A DNA stretch of 63,332 nucleotides, counting the filler, from Octopus bimaculoides (lineage: Eukaryota): NCBI RefSeq assembly GCF_001194135.2. It is 4 parts of 4 records of this genome, joined end to end, with 100 filler letters (N's around TTAATTAATTAA, not from the genome) between each part and the next. Parts side by side here need not be neighbours in the genome. Positions count along the whole stretch, not along the records: positions 1 to 13,023 come from NC_068987.1; positions 13,124 to 35,407 come from NC_068996.1; 2 more parts are not named here. One strand, 5' to 3'. The number at the start of each line of letters is the position of its first letter. Position 1 is the stretch's first letter. Below the pieces are notes generated by a model. It was not told the origin of the DNA and did not search any database. It saw only the letters and a list, made by a program, of their open reading frames with translations. Made by a program: the position numbers and the translations under genes. This document shows positions 11,730-23,990 of this stretch, piece after piece.

Positions 11730-12033
11730 AGAGAGGACAAACAAGGACATACAAAGGGATTAAGTCGATTACATCGATCCCAGTGCGTAACTGGCACCTA
11801 ATTTATCGACCCCGAAAGGATGAAAGGCAGAGTCGACCTCGGCGGAATTTGAACTCAGAACGTAAAGACAGACGGAATACCGATAAGCNNNNNNNNNNNN
11901 NNNNNNNNNNNNNNNNNNNNNNNNNNNNNNNNNNNNNNNNNNNNNNNNNNNNNNNNNNNNNNNNNNNNNNNNNNNNNNNNNNNNNNNNNNNNNNNNNCGC
12001 CCGCCGTGCTAACGATTCTGCCAGCTCGCTGCC
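11730..12033 (-). mobile_element. SINE family A, tail type 2 (spans an N gap)
   Basis: Core and head homologous to 3084-3316. Confidence 0.85.
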
Positions 12034-12199
12034 TATTGAGTTTTCGAATTGATTGAAAAATGAGAGCCATTTCTCCAGGGGAAAGGTAAAGATGAGTACT
12101 AATATATATATAGATCAAATTTAAAACTTGCATAACTAGTTGGTATTTTGAACAAACCGAATCTCCAGCTGTGAGGAGAAGGTGTTTATCTATTTACTC

Positions 12200-12680
12200 A
12201 TCAAGGTATAATCAAATAGCTTTTTGAAAAGTTAAAACTATGGATCACGATAGTTGGAGTGTAAAGTTGAGTTCAAGTTTAATATCTCAATGCAGTACTT
12301 GGAGAAAAGGATTCTATTCAAATTGAAATTATCGATCATTTGAAAAAAAAAAAAAAAAAGATATATATATATATGACAAATTCCAAAAGCTATTTCCCAG
12401 ACTCGGACATGACAGACCTTCTACTTCAGATGTGAATACCATTCCAGAGAACCTTTAAGAGGAATTTATGGAAATTGAATATGATCTTGTAATCCATCAT
12501 GAAAAAAAAGTTTAAGGCGAGCATTTACGTGATTTACAAAACCTCTCAGAGCAGGCATCAATATTTCTTAGGCCAATTGCTTCAACTTGTGTGTAAATGG
12601 GATTTTCATGCTTTATGCCAATATAATCTAAGAAATACAAAAATTCACAGTACAGTTTCAAGTATTCCTCGGAATATAAA
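12200..12680 (+). pseudogene. hAT (Charlie/Buster-like) transposase C-terminal remnant
   Basis: EEFMEIEYD then ASIFLRPIASTCV*MGFSCFMPI*SKKYKNS, resembling the hAT dimerization motif PF.STYLCE.GFS....K.K.RN. Confidence 0.6.
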
Positions 12681-12792
12681 AGCTTGTCAATGAAAGAACT
12701 TAAAGATCAACCTAGTTTATTATGCTTCATTACTATGAAGCATGATCATCGAAAGAATAAAAATCTCACAAAACATGTCATGTAATGTCTCA

Positions 12793-12853
<61 letters not shown>

Positions 12854-13408
12854 CTTCTCACGGACGTGCTGTCACATCGGCTGCGAAGGTAAACGTTTAT
12901 TTGACCATTTACTGTCCACATTTTGTTGGAATTTAAAAATAATTTTGTTGCGAAGCACCTAGGCTTCATTTGTGTGTATTTTCAAGGGCAGGAATTGGCA
13001 CCCAGGGGCATTTTCGGCCCTAGNNNNNNNNNNNNNNNNNNNNNNNNNNNNNNNNNNNNNNNNNNNNTTAATTAATTAANNNNNNNNNNNNNNNNNNNNN
13101 NNNNNNNNNNNNNNNNNNNNNNNATAATTATTTCCGGTAATATATAAGACAGTCGACCTGCATCGTTTCGTTTGGGTAAAACTAGCCGGTTTCTGTATGA
13201 ACCTCACAAAGTTGTCAATTTTTCATATAGTGCCAGATCGTGCATCTCTCTCTCTCTCTCTCTTTCCCTCTCTCTCTCTCTTTCCCTCCCTCTCTCTCTT
13301 TCCCTCCCTCTCTCTCTCTCTTTCCCTCCCCTCTCTCCCCCCTCTCTCTCTCACCTAACTGCCGCTGATGATTCGGATAACCGGTGAAATGAACACCAGT
13401 ATTTTCTA

Positions 13409-14674
13409 TTAGGTTGTCTCACATGAAATATCGCATTTGAAAAAGGAAACATTAAAACTGTTTTTAAGTTTTAGAATATTTATTTATTTAATCAAAATAT
13501 GATCTTGTTCATTTATGACCTTCATCCAACGTTCCTCTAAGGCATGAATTCCATCTTCAAAGAATTTGTCATCTTATGCACACTGATAAACTATTCGAAT
13601 GCTTCAGTTACCTCTTCTCTATTTAAGAATGCTTTATTGCGTATAGCAAGCTTGAAGTGTTTAAATATGTGATAATCAGTAGGAGAGATATCAGGAGAAT
13701 AAGGAGGATGTGCCAAAATGTCATAATTCAGGCTTTGCAGCTTGTGGACCGTAGCTTGAGAAGTGTGAGGCCGTGCATTATCATGAAGCAAAATTGGGCC
13801 ATCTCTATTCACTAATTTATGTTGCTTCTTTTTTAATTTTTCATGCATACAATCAATTTGCTGACAATAATATGTTGCTGTTACAGTTTTTCCTTGTTGC
13901 AAAAATGAATAATGAATAACCCTCTTTGTTGACCTCCATACAGTGACCATCAACTTTTTAGGGTGCAATGGTCGTTTTGGGTAGTGTTTTGGTGACTCTC
14001 CTGCATCTAACCAATGTCCTGTCCTCTTGCTGGTTATCAAAGAGTATCCATTCCTCATCTCACGTAATTAGTCGATACAAAAATAGTTCTCTTTCCAACT
14101 GAGAAATCAACATGGAACACACTGTAAGGCATCTGTTTCTTTGAATCTCATTAAGCCGATGGAGAACAAACCTATCCATTTTTTTGACTTTTCCAATTTT
14201 CTTCAAGTGTCGAGAAGCAGTTGCGGGAGATATCTAGAGCTCTGGTTCGATTTTTCGGACCGTTGTTCTCGGATTTCAATTTAACCAAAACATTCCATTC
14301 ATCATGCCGAATAACTGATTTTGGTCTCCCTCTTGGTTCATTTGAAGGCTTTCATTTCCTGAATGAAATCTTTGGAACCATCTCTGAACAGTTCTAATGT
14401 TAACAGAATCGTTACCAAAATCCCGCTTGTTGTTTCGTAGAGCTTCGGTGGCAGAGTGACGCAACTTGTATTCGTACAAGAAAATCACTCGGTATTGTTC
14501 CAGTTGTCAACATTGTCATAAGAGCTGTTGGTAGCAATTTTGAATAATAGTATTATCTAGAAAAAAAAGAGTGAGTAAACACAAGCATATACATAGAAAC
14601 TCATTAAAAATCCATTTATAGATGACTCATAAGAATCCCATTTGAAATACGACATTTCATGGGAGACAACCTAA
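13409..14674 (-). mobile_element. mariner transposon, 1266 bp, decayed
   Basis: TIRs TTAGGTTGTCTC(A/C)CATGAAAT(A/G)TCG(C/T)ATTT at both ends; TA TSD at 13407-13408 and 14675-14676; internal transposase. Confidence 0.95.
13591..14488 (-). pseudogene. mariner DD34D transposase, frameshifted
   Basis: N-terminal HTH (LYEYKLRHSATEA...RTVQRWFQRF), HPKKLMVTVW, LHDNARPH, HPPYSPDISPTDYH. Confidence 0.95.
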
Positions 14675-15582
14675 TAGTAAGGGCTCGAGAACTGAAATAT
14701 TAGGAGCAGAAAAAATGGTTCTCTTGATGTGCATGTGATTCCACTGGATAACGTAAATATCTAGCTCCTATAGACAGAACTTAAAACCACCCCAGAAATA
14801 TTCCCAGACATGTCAAAAATTTTCGGTCAACCAGTTACTGTTGAATGACAGCGTTAGCTTCTGGACTTGACTGCCGGTTTCGTCTAAGTTCTCGATTTTT
14901 TCTACTTAGGTCTCGAAAGATCTCATTAACGTGCAAATCGACGCCAAAACTTTCGGGACATTGTCCAGAACTTCCACTTTGCTTGTCAAGCTCGCAAAAT
15001 GTATTGATTTGCGTTTTAGGTATTGTATGTGTGAATGTTATTGTTGACACTGTGATCGCGGTTTATTAAACAAAGCCTATGCCCGATCAGATCTGAGCTG
15101 GGGGTCAAGCAACAATAACGACGACGACGATGATGACGACGTCAATAACAACAACGTCAAAGTTTAGAGTCAATAATCATTGGTGGTGTTGTACTGGAGT
15201 CTTATGATGAGGTGGTGCTAGTGTTTCTCCTGGAGATGAAAATTATAGCAAAATTTGGTGCTTTTGAGTTTAATCAATATTCTTACCACGACGACCCGAC
15301 AGAACAAAGTAATCGCCATTTTTCTGGATTGTTGTTACTTTTGTTGATGTTGTTGCGATTATTTCAATGCTAAATTATTGGGTCTGTTCTTGTTCAAAAT
15401 TATACATTAAGAAAGCAGTTGATCTACAATCATATGAAAGTATATTTTAATGTTTTGTGCTGTGCAGAGAACAATTACTCACAAAATGAACATGTTGGAT
15501 ACGCCATAAAACAATCTCCAGCAGCAAATTATTTCTTTAAAGAAGAAAAAGAAAAAAGAACACGACATAATTCAAATATATT

Positions 15583-15809
15583 TGTTTCTTTATTGCCCAC
15601 AGAAAGCTAAACATAGAGGGGACAAACAAGGACAGACAAAGGGATTCAGTCGATCAAATCGACCCCACTGCGTAACTGGTACTTATTTAATCGATTCCGA
15701 AAGGATGTAAGACAAAGTCTACGTCGGCGGAACTCAGAACACAAAGACAGACGAAATGCCGCTAAGCATTTCGCCCGGCATGCTAACAATTCTGCCAGCT
15801 TACCGCCCT
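15583..15809 (-). mobile_element. SINE family A, tail type 2
   Basis: Family core; TSD ATAATTCAAAT(A/G)TATT at 15567-15582 and 15810-15825. Confidence 0.9.
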
Positions 15810-17123
15810 ATAATTCAAATGTATTGAATGAAAAATTATTATCTTTTCAACTAAAACTAAAACATGTTAAACCATTGAGTGAATTTCTGTGCAAACTTAA
15901 CATGCAAGAAATAGCAGTAAAAATTCCTTAAATCATCCTTGAAGAAGTATATACTTGGCTAGTGAAGTCTTTTATAAAAGATATGTGTTAATAAAGTATT
16001 GTGTTGGTTACGGTTGGATTAGGACAAATATAGAACTAGGATCTTTTCCTTTTGGCTGGCACATAGAAAAAAAATTTTTTTGTAACTAAACACTTTCAAA
16101 TTTCGTATATTGGTAGAATGTGTCATTTAAAACATCATTTACTCTTGGCGTTTTTAAGAAAATTCTTCATTTTCGAAGTTATTTCGTGTTAAAGTCATCG
16201 TATTTCGGTAATTTCAACCAATCAATGACGTCTATTGAGGTGAAATTACCGAAATACGACCAGGTCGNNNNNNNNNNNNNNNNNNNNNNNNNNNNNNNNN
16301 NNNNNNNNNNNNNNNNNNNNNNNNNNNNNNNNNNNNNNNNNNNNNNNNNNNNNNNNNNNNNNNNNNNNNNNNNNNNNNNNNNNNNNNNNNNNNNNNNNNN
16401 NNNNNNNNNNNNNNNNNNNNNNNNNNNNNNNNNNNNNNNNNNNNNNNNNNNNNNNNNNNNNNNNNNNNNNNNNNNNNNNNNNNNNNNNNNNNNNNNNNNN
16501 NNNNNNNNNNNNNNNNNNNNNNNNNNNNNNNNNNNNNNNNNNNNNNNNNNNNNNNNNNNNNNNNNNNNNNNNNNNNNNNNNNNNNNNNNNNNNNNNNNNN
16601 NNNNNNNNNNNNNNNNNNNNNNNNNNNNNNNNNNNNNNNNNNNNNNNNNNNNNNNNNNNNNNNNNNNNNNNNNNNNNNNNNNNNNNNNNNNNNNNNNNNN
16701 NNNNNNNNNNNNNNNNNNNNNNNNNNNNNNNNNNNNNNNNNNNNNNNNNNNNNNNNNNNNNNNNNNNNNNNNNNNNNNNNNNNNNNNNNNNNNNNNNNNN
16801 NNNNNNNNNNNNNNNNNNNNNNNNNNNNNNNNNNNNNNNNNNNNNNNNNNNNNNNNNNNNNNNNNNNNNNNNNNNNNNNNNNNNNNNNNNNNNNNNNNNN
16901 NNNNNNNNNNNNNNNNNNNNNNNNNNNNNNNNNNNNNNNNNNNNNNNNNNNNNNNNNNNNNNNNNNNNNNNNNNNNNNNNNNNNNNNNNNNNNNNNNNNN
17001 NNNNNNNNNNNNNNNNNNNNNNNNNNNNNNNNNNNNNNNNNNNNNNNNNNNNNNNNNNNNNNNNNNNNNNNNNNNNNNNNNNNNNNNNNNNNNNNNNNNN
17101 NNNNNNNNNNNNNNNNNNNNNNN

Positions 17124-17414
17124 TTTTAAAAGCTCGGTACTATTTATTCAACCAGTCTCCTTTTTTTGGCAAACCACTAAATTACGAGGAAGAACGTAAA
17201 ACCGATAGCTGTTGTCAAGCGGTAGCAGGGGAGAAACACACACACACAGATGGCAGGCTTCTTTTAGTTTCCGTCTACTAAATCCTCTCATAAGGCTTTG
17301 GTCGGCTCGGGGCTATAGTAGAAGACATTTTCTCTAGGTGCCACGCAGTGGGACTGAAAGCAAGACGACATTGTTGGGGAGCAAGCTTCTTGGCCACGCT
17401 GCTACGCCTGCGCC
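17124..17414 (-). mobile_element. tRNA-derived SINE family B (internal microsatellite)
   Basis: Sense head GGCGCAGGCGTAGC...TCAGTCCCACTGCGTGGCACC; internal (TG)n; 3' part truncated by the gap. Confidence 0.85.
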
Positions 17415-18028
17415 AAAATAAATTATGTAAATGAAATCGTCTTTTCACACGTGATATGACGATAAGAAGGCAAAACAAGTATTTAAAGAAACGATAACTG
17501 GATACGTGTGTCACAGAGAATAATTTATAAGTTAATTTCTTTCAAGGAAATGTTATCGTTGTTTGAGAATGCTGGTCGTAACGTATCTTGAAATAACATA
17601 AAACTAGACTAATTATTCCATTTGACGTTGACAGCATTCTTTTGGATGTTTGATAGAGCCGAAAGATTTTTTACAGTCTCCAAATTTTTCTTGGAAGCAA
17701 ACGACCCAATCAACTTCCAAAGAAAAATGGCCGATGTGTTCGACTTTCAACCAAGGAAACAGAAAAGACGTTGATAATTTATAAGAAAGAAAAAACAAAG
17801 AAACAAAAACATGAATAGTTTTGTATGTTAATACGAATAAATTTATTACGTATGTTAACTCAAATATTCCTGATATGCGGAATAAATATTAGAAATTATA
17901 ATTTCAACACTGATGCGAATCACTAACGAAGTTGTTGTACAAATGATACAATGTTGGCAGCTCAATGAGAGGTTAAAGTAAAACGAAATAACATAAATAC
18001 CTTGACTCAGATACTTTCACTGAAACAC

Positions 18029-18117
18029 TTATTATTCAGGTCACTGTCTGGAATCGAACTCGGAATCTTGGGATTAGTAGCCCGCGCTCTTATCCACTAC
18101 GGCATATGCCCGTGGGC
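18029..18117 (-). mobile_element. tRNA-derived SINE head, family D
   Basis: GCCCACGGGCATATGCCGTAGTGGATAAG...GAGTTCGATTCC; A and B boxes present but no proper acceptor stem. Confidence 0.65.
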
Positions 18118-18140
18118 CATCTCTTAAATAAAGAACTGTC

Positions 18141-18578
18141 TTATCTTCTACTTGTTTCGGTAATTAGACTGCGGCCATGCTGGGGCACCGCTTTGAATTC
18201 TATTTTTAGTTGAACCAACTAGTATTTAACGTTTTTCTCTTTCTTTAAAACAAAAAAAAAAAAAAACTGATACCTATTCAATCGGCTTCTTTTTGCCGAA
18301 CCGCTACACTACGAGGACGTAAACACACCGACACCGGTTATCAAGTCGTGGGAGTGGGGAGGGCAAATACAGGCACCAACACGCTCACACACACAGACAT
18401 ACACACGCACACATACATACACGATGGGCTTCTTTCAGTTTCTGTTTACCAAATTCTTCAAAGGGCTTTCGTTGAGACGGGGTTGTAGTAGAAGATGCTT
18501 GCTCAAGATGCCGTACAGTAAGATTGAACCCGGAACCGTGTCGTTGTTAAGCAAACTTCATACCACACAGCCATGCCT
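18141..18578 (-). mobile_element. SINE family B, near full length
   Basis: Head, internal (TG)n and ACCGAAACAAGTAGAAG-type tail. Confidence 0.85.
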
Positions 18579-18751
18579 ACTTAGCGAATGGACAACGGTT
18601 CGAGTGACGTGATTGCTCATGAATAAAGTACTAAAAACACTTAAATAAGTAGATCTTGCCGCAAATAGCGCCCGCACCAATGTGCGGGTACATGTATGCC
18701 TTTTTGTTGTGTCCATGTTTTCGTTGACACCATCATCATCATTATAACCAA

Positions 18752-18950
18752 CGATGTCGTCCCTGCCGTGACGTCGTCGCTGCTGTGGACGTCGTCGCTG
18801 CTATGGCGTCGTCGCCGCCGTGACGTCGTCGCCGCCGTGACGTCGTGACACCGCCGTCAAGGTGGCTTCGTGGACGTCGTGGCATCGTCGTTGCCATGGC
18901 ATCGTCGTTGCCATGGCGTCGTCGACGCCGTGTTCGTCGTCACGTATAGT
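18752..18950. repeat. CpG-rich minisatellite with a ~17-bp unit
   Basis: Units such as GCCGCCGTGACGTCGTC, GCTGCTATGGCGTCGTC and GTTGCCATGGCATCGTC. Confidence 0.85.
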
Positions 18951-19059
18951 TTTTAACCTCATTCCTTCTTTTCCCGTTTCCATTTCATTTTCGAGCTTAT
19001 GTAAACCACCACACTACGTGTAACCTGTCTTCATCCGATATTACTGTGGCAAAAGATAT

Positions 19060-19483
19060 CACCATCATCACCATAATCATCATCATCGTCACCATTATCA
19101 TCATCATCATCACCACCGCCAAAGTCGCTGTTGTCGTCATCATTATCATCATCTTTATTGTTACTACCACCTCCACCACCACCACCACCATCGTCATCAT
19201 AGTCGCTGTCGTCGTGACTACCATCACCAAAGTCGTCGTCGTCGTCGTCATCATCCTAGTCTTCCTCATTATCATCATCGCCGTATTCGTCGCGTTGTTG
19301 TAAATCTCCCACATTTATCTTTCTCTCTCCATTAACTGCTGTCACTTTTCAGCTATGCACCCTGCTTTGCAGATGACACCACCGTCACCACCACCACCAC
19401 CACCGCCACCACCACCACCGCCGTCACCACCGCCGTCACCACCGCCACCACCATCACTACCACCACTTCCACCATTACACGCC
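19060..19483. repeat. Mosaic trinucleotide repeats (CAT/CAC/GTC/CCA)
   Basis: Direct reading. Confidence 0.85.
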
Positions 19484-20557
19484 NNNNNNNNNNNNNNNNN
19501 NNNNNNNNNNNNNNNNNNNNNNNNNNNNNNNNNNNNNNNNNNNNNNNNNNNNNNNNNNNNNNNNNNNNNNNNNNNNNNNNNNNNNNNNNNNNNNNNNNNN
19601 NNNNNNNNNNNNNNNNNNNNNNNNNNNNNNNNNNNNNNNNNNNNNNNNNNNNNNNNNNNNNNNNNNNNNNNNNNNNNNNNNNNNNNNNNNNNNNNNNNNN
19701 NNNNNNNNNNNNNNNNNNNNNNNNNNNNNNNNNNNNNNNNNNNNNNNNNNNNNNNNNNNNNNNNNNNNNNNNNNNNNNNNNNNNNNNNNNNNNNNNNNNN
19801 NNNNNNNNNNNNNNNNNNNNNNNNNNNNNNNNNNNNNNNNNNNNNNNNNNNNNNNNNNNNNNNNNNNNNNNNNNNNNNNNNNNNNNNNNNNNNNNNNNNN
19901 NNNNNNNNNNNNNNNNNNNNNNNNNNNNNNNNNNNNNNNNNNNNNNNNNNNNNNNNNNNNNNNNNNNNNNNNNNNNCACACACACACACACACGCATACA
20001 TACATACATACATACATACATACATACACACATACACACATACATACATACAAACATACACACACACATACATACATACATACACACACACATACATACA
20101 TACATACATACAAACATACACACACACACATACATACATACACACACACATACATACATACACACACATACATACATACATACACACACATACATACATA
20201 CATACATACACCCATACATACATACATACGTACACACATATGCACACACACACACATATATATAAAAGACGAGACAGACATGGATGGAATGCCTTTGGCA
20301 GTAGGTCTGTTTAGTTAAGGCTGACATCATCATTATCATCAACACTGTCGTCAAGTTAACTGATCTGTGTGTCTGTATGTTCCTGTCAATGAATCTATCT
20401 CTCTCTTTACCCACCTACCAACCTACCTACCTACCTACCTTCAATCCCTACCCACCTACCCACCCACCCATCCATCCATCCATCCATCCATATCTGCATG
20501 AGCATGTGTATCGACCTGGCTTATATGCGTGTGTATGTATTATATATACATATATAT

Positions 20558-20729
20558 GTAGTGACTTAGTGGTTTGGGCATTCGGCCCACGATCGTAAGG
20601 TCGTGAGTTCGATTCCCGGCGACGCGTTGTGTCCTTGAGCAAGACACTTTATTTCACCTCACTCCAGTCCACTCAGCTGGCAAAAATGAGTAGTACCTGT
20701 ATTTCAAAGGGCCGGCCTTGTCACGCTAT
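20558..20729 (+). mobile_element. tRNA-derived SINE, family C-related 5' part
   Basis: GTGACTTAGTGGTT...GAGTTCGATTCCC...GTTGTGTCCTTGAGCAAGACACTT; TTTCAAAGGGCCGGCCTTGTCAC is shared with 3841-4222. Confidence 0.8.
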
Positions 20730-21501
20730 NNNNNNNNNNNNNNNNNNNNNNNNNNNNNNNNNNNNNNNNNNNNNNNNNNNNNNNNNNNNNNNNNNNNNNN
20801 NNNNNNNNNNNNNNNNNNNNNNNNNNNNNNNNNNNNNNNNNNNNNNNNNNNNNNNNNNNNNNNNNNNNNNNNNNNNNNNNNNNNNNNNNNNNNNNNNNNN
20901 NNNNNNNNNNNNNNNNNNNNNNNNNNNNNNNNNNNNNNNNNNNNNNNNNNNNNNNNNNNNNNNNNNNNNNNNNNNNNNNNNNNNNNNNNNNNNNNNNNNN
21001 NNNNNNNNNNNNNNNNNNNNNNNNNNNNNNNNNNNNNNNNNNNNNNNNNNNNNNNNNNNNNNNNNNNNNNNNNNNNNNNNNNNNNNNNNNNNNNNNNNNN
21101 NNNNNNNNNNNNNNNNNNNNNNNNNNNNNNNNNNNNNNNNNNNNNNNNNNNNNNNNNNNNNNNNNNNNNNNNNNNNNNNNNNNNNNNNNNNNNNNNNNNN
21201 NNNNNNNNNNNNNNNNNNNNNNNNNNNNNNNNNNNNNNNNNNNNNNNNNNNNNNNNNNNNNNNNNNNNNNNNNNNNNNNNNNNNNNNNNNNNNNNNNNNN
21301 NNNNNNNNNNNNNNNNNNNNNNNNNNNNNNNNNNNNNNNNNNNNNNNNNNNCTATAATCAACTTATTTATGTTTAGTATATTTGACTCAACACCAGTATT
21401 GAGGTCCTTCTTAGTATTTGGATATTGTTATCTAAATTAACAAATTCTTTATATATATAGTAGTGACCAAAATTAGTGAACGAAAATAGAATTTAATGAT
21501 A

Positions 21502-22742
21502 CCAAATTATTAAGAATGAAATGTCTGATTTTGAACTGAAAGTTTATTTTACTTCATCTCAACAAAAAGCAATGCAGTTAATCAAAGTATGCACCTCAAT
21601 TATGAATACAATTTTGCCATTTTATCAGTAGCTTATTTATGCCGGTAGCAAAGAATTCTGGAGAGCAAGAGGTGATGAAATCACGAAAGGCTGTTTGTTT
21701 TTGCATCTTCTTCAGATTTGAAGTTTTTTTTCTTGCAAAAAGTTGTCTAAAGCCTGGAAAACGTGATAGTTGGTGCAAGGTCTGGTGAATATGGTGGGTG
21801 ACAGAGTACTTCTAAATACGGTTCCTGTAAACTTGATCAGCGTTCTTTGTGCAACATGTGGTCAAGCATTGTCTTGCAAGAGAATTGGCCTGTCTCTATT
21901 GACCAATTTCACTTGTTTAATTGCAAGTTCACTCATTATTTCAATCAATTGGTTGATGTGTACATCTGCTGTAATTGACTTACCAGATCACATGAAGCTG
22001 TAGTGGATGACACCAGCGCTGGACCACAAAACACACGCTATTAGCTTTCTTTGGTGAATATTCTTTTTCGGATTGTGTTTTGGTATTTCGTCTCTATCCA
22101 ACCACCGTGCAGAACGCTTGCTATTGTTGAAAAGAATCCATTTTTCATCACACGTAACAATACGATGTAAAAATGGTTCGCTTTTATGCCGTGACAGCAA
22201 AGAACAGCAAGTTTCAAGAAGACGTATCATTTGATGCTCGTCCAGTTCGTGTGATATCCACTTGTCAGCTTCTTTACCTTGCAGATTTGTTCCAGATGGT
22301 CCAATACAGTTAGAATCGGAACATCAAACCTTGCTGCTAACTCACGCGTCGTTTGAGATGTATTCACTTCCACTACAGTTTCCAGCTCAGAGTAAAGTCA
22401 TCAGACCGGAACTTCTCAAACCATCGATGTACAGCGCACTCATTCGCCACATCTTCACCAAACACCCTCATTGATGTTTCGAGCTGTTTGGGATGCATTA
22501 GTTCCACGACGGAACTCATATTCATAGACAACAGGAATTTTTGATCTATCTATGGGTTCACAAAAATTGATTTACAAGAGAAAACTCACAATATAATCAG
22601 ACACCATGAAGTGCATTTCGAAAAGTGATGATGTAACTCTTCAATGTTGTAAGACAAAGAACTGTCAGGATAAAACATTAGATTTAACGACTGTCAAACT
22701 TGGTGTATAAGAAAATCTGACATTTCATTCTTAATGACCTGA
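21502..22742 (-). mobile_element. mariner transposon, 1241 bp, nested in the Tc1 left IR
   Basis: TIRs containing ATTAAGAATGAAATGTC(T/A)GATTTT; TA TSD at 21500-21501 and 22743-22744; CDEKWILFNN and WLDRDEIPKH motifs. Confidence 0.93.
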
Positions 22743-23015
22743 TATTTACATTTCTCCTTTTTTTTTCCGAATGAGATTTTTACTGTATATACTTTAAAGT
22801 GTGTTGATTATTTTCAATAAATTTTGTAGGAAGTGATTAATAACTAAATGATTTATAATAGAGAAAATATTTATTTGAAAAATACAAGATGGACAAAATG
22901 AAAGAACGTATGGTGTAAAATTCAAGAAGTAAAATCTAGCAACACTCCGACCGATGCAAACTAAGTTGACCTAACAGTATGAATATTTATACTGAACAAC
23001 AGTGAATTAACAACC

Positions 23016-23990
23016 ATGGTAAACCGACGTAAAGTTGATGAAAGGCTCAGGAAGCGAGTGATCACATTGTAAAAAGAAGGAATAGCAATTTCTGCTACCG
23101 CCAAAGACATTAATAGGTCAGAGAGTGTTGTTTCAAGAAAACTCAAGCTTTATGAAGAAACAAGCTCGTTTGAGTCATTCGAAATACGAGGGAGGTCACA
23201 GAAAATAAGTGTGTGATTCAGAGGCTGTCGTTAAGAGATCGTTTCAGTACTACTGCAGGAAGTAAATTGTGATTTTAGAATGAATGTATCTCGGAAGACT
23301 GTGACTTGTCGTTTGAAGGAAGTTGGACTGCATGCCTATTTCCCTGCCATTAAACCTATTGTCAGTATGAAGAACCGAAAAGTGAGGTTAGTCTTTGCCA
23401 ATGAGCACGTACTTTAGACGGACGACAACTGTTCGCGTGTGTTCTTCACTGACGAAAGCAAGTTCAATTTGGTTGGCTCCGGTGGTAGACGATACGTGAG
23501 ACGTCATAAAATTGAAAGATTGTTCCCTAGATGCTAGAAGAAATCAGTGAAGTTTGGAGGTGGGTGTTTAAAAGTGTTAAGAAAGATTTCTGCAGCAGGT
23601 TTTGGGTCTTTGATCTGGATTCTTGATAATGTCAATGCAGCCATATACAAAAACATCGCTCAGCGGCATGTTGTGCCAGCTATGAGGTCATCTCCAACTC
23701 GTCAGCCAATCTTTATGCAGGACAATGCGCCATGTTACAGTGCAAAAATAGTTAAGAAGGTGTTTGAAGTTGAAAAATATTACTGTAATGCATTGGCCAG
23801 CTCAGAGTCCTGACCTTAATCCCATTGAAAACTTATGAAAGATACTTGGTGATAAGATCAGCGAGCACCGACCTCCGAATGTTACGATGTTCTAGGAAAA
23901 ACTTTTGGAAGAATGTGAGAAATTGGTCAAATCCTGTGGACGGAGATGTGCTGAAGTCCTTAAAAATAAAGGAATGTACACATTAATATA
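23016..23990 (+). pseudogene. Tc1 DD34E transposase, disrupted
   Basis: ATG at 23016, HTH and GR motif, VFFTDESKFNL, FMQDNAPCY, WPAQSPDLNPIENL; stops and frameshifts. Confidence 0.92.

Noticed and set aside
13024-13123. TTAATTAATTAA flanked by 44 N on each side, also at 35452-35463 and 43000-43011
   Set aside because: Identical 100-nt spacer in three places that puts stop codons in all six frames; an assembly join marker, not biology
18029-18117. Possible tRNA gene
   Set aside because: A and B boxes present but no acceptor stem; better explained as a SINE head. The same holds for all tRNA-like heads in this window.
18752-18950. CRISPR-like array
   Set aside because: Units are contiguous with no unique spacers, and the context is eukaryotic
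19342-21440. Long ORFs of 200-350 aa
   Set aside because: Open only because they run through N gaps and CA/TACA repeats; the same applies to ORFs at 16-17, 36-38, 46-51, 58-60 and 62-63 kb
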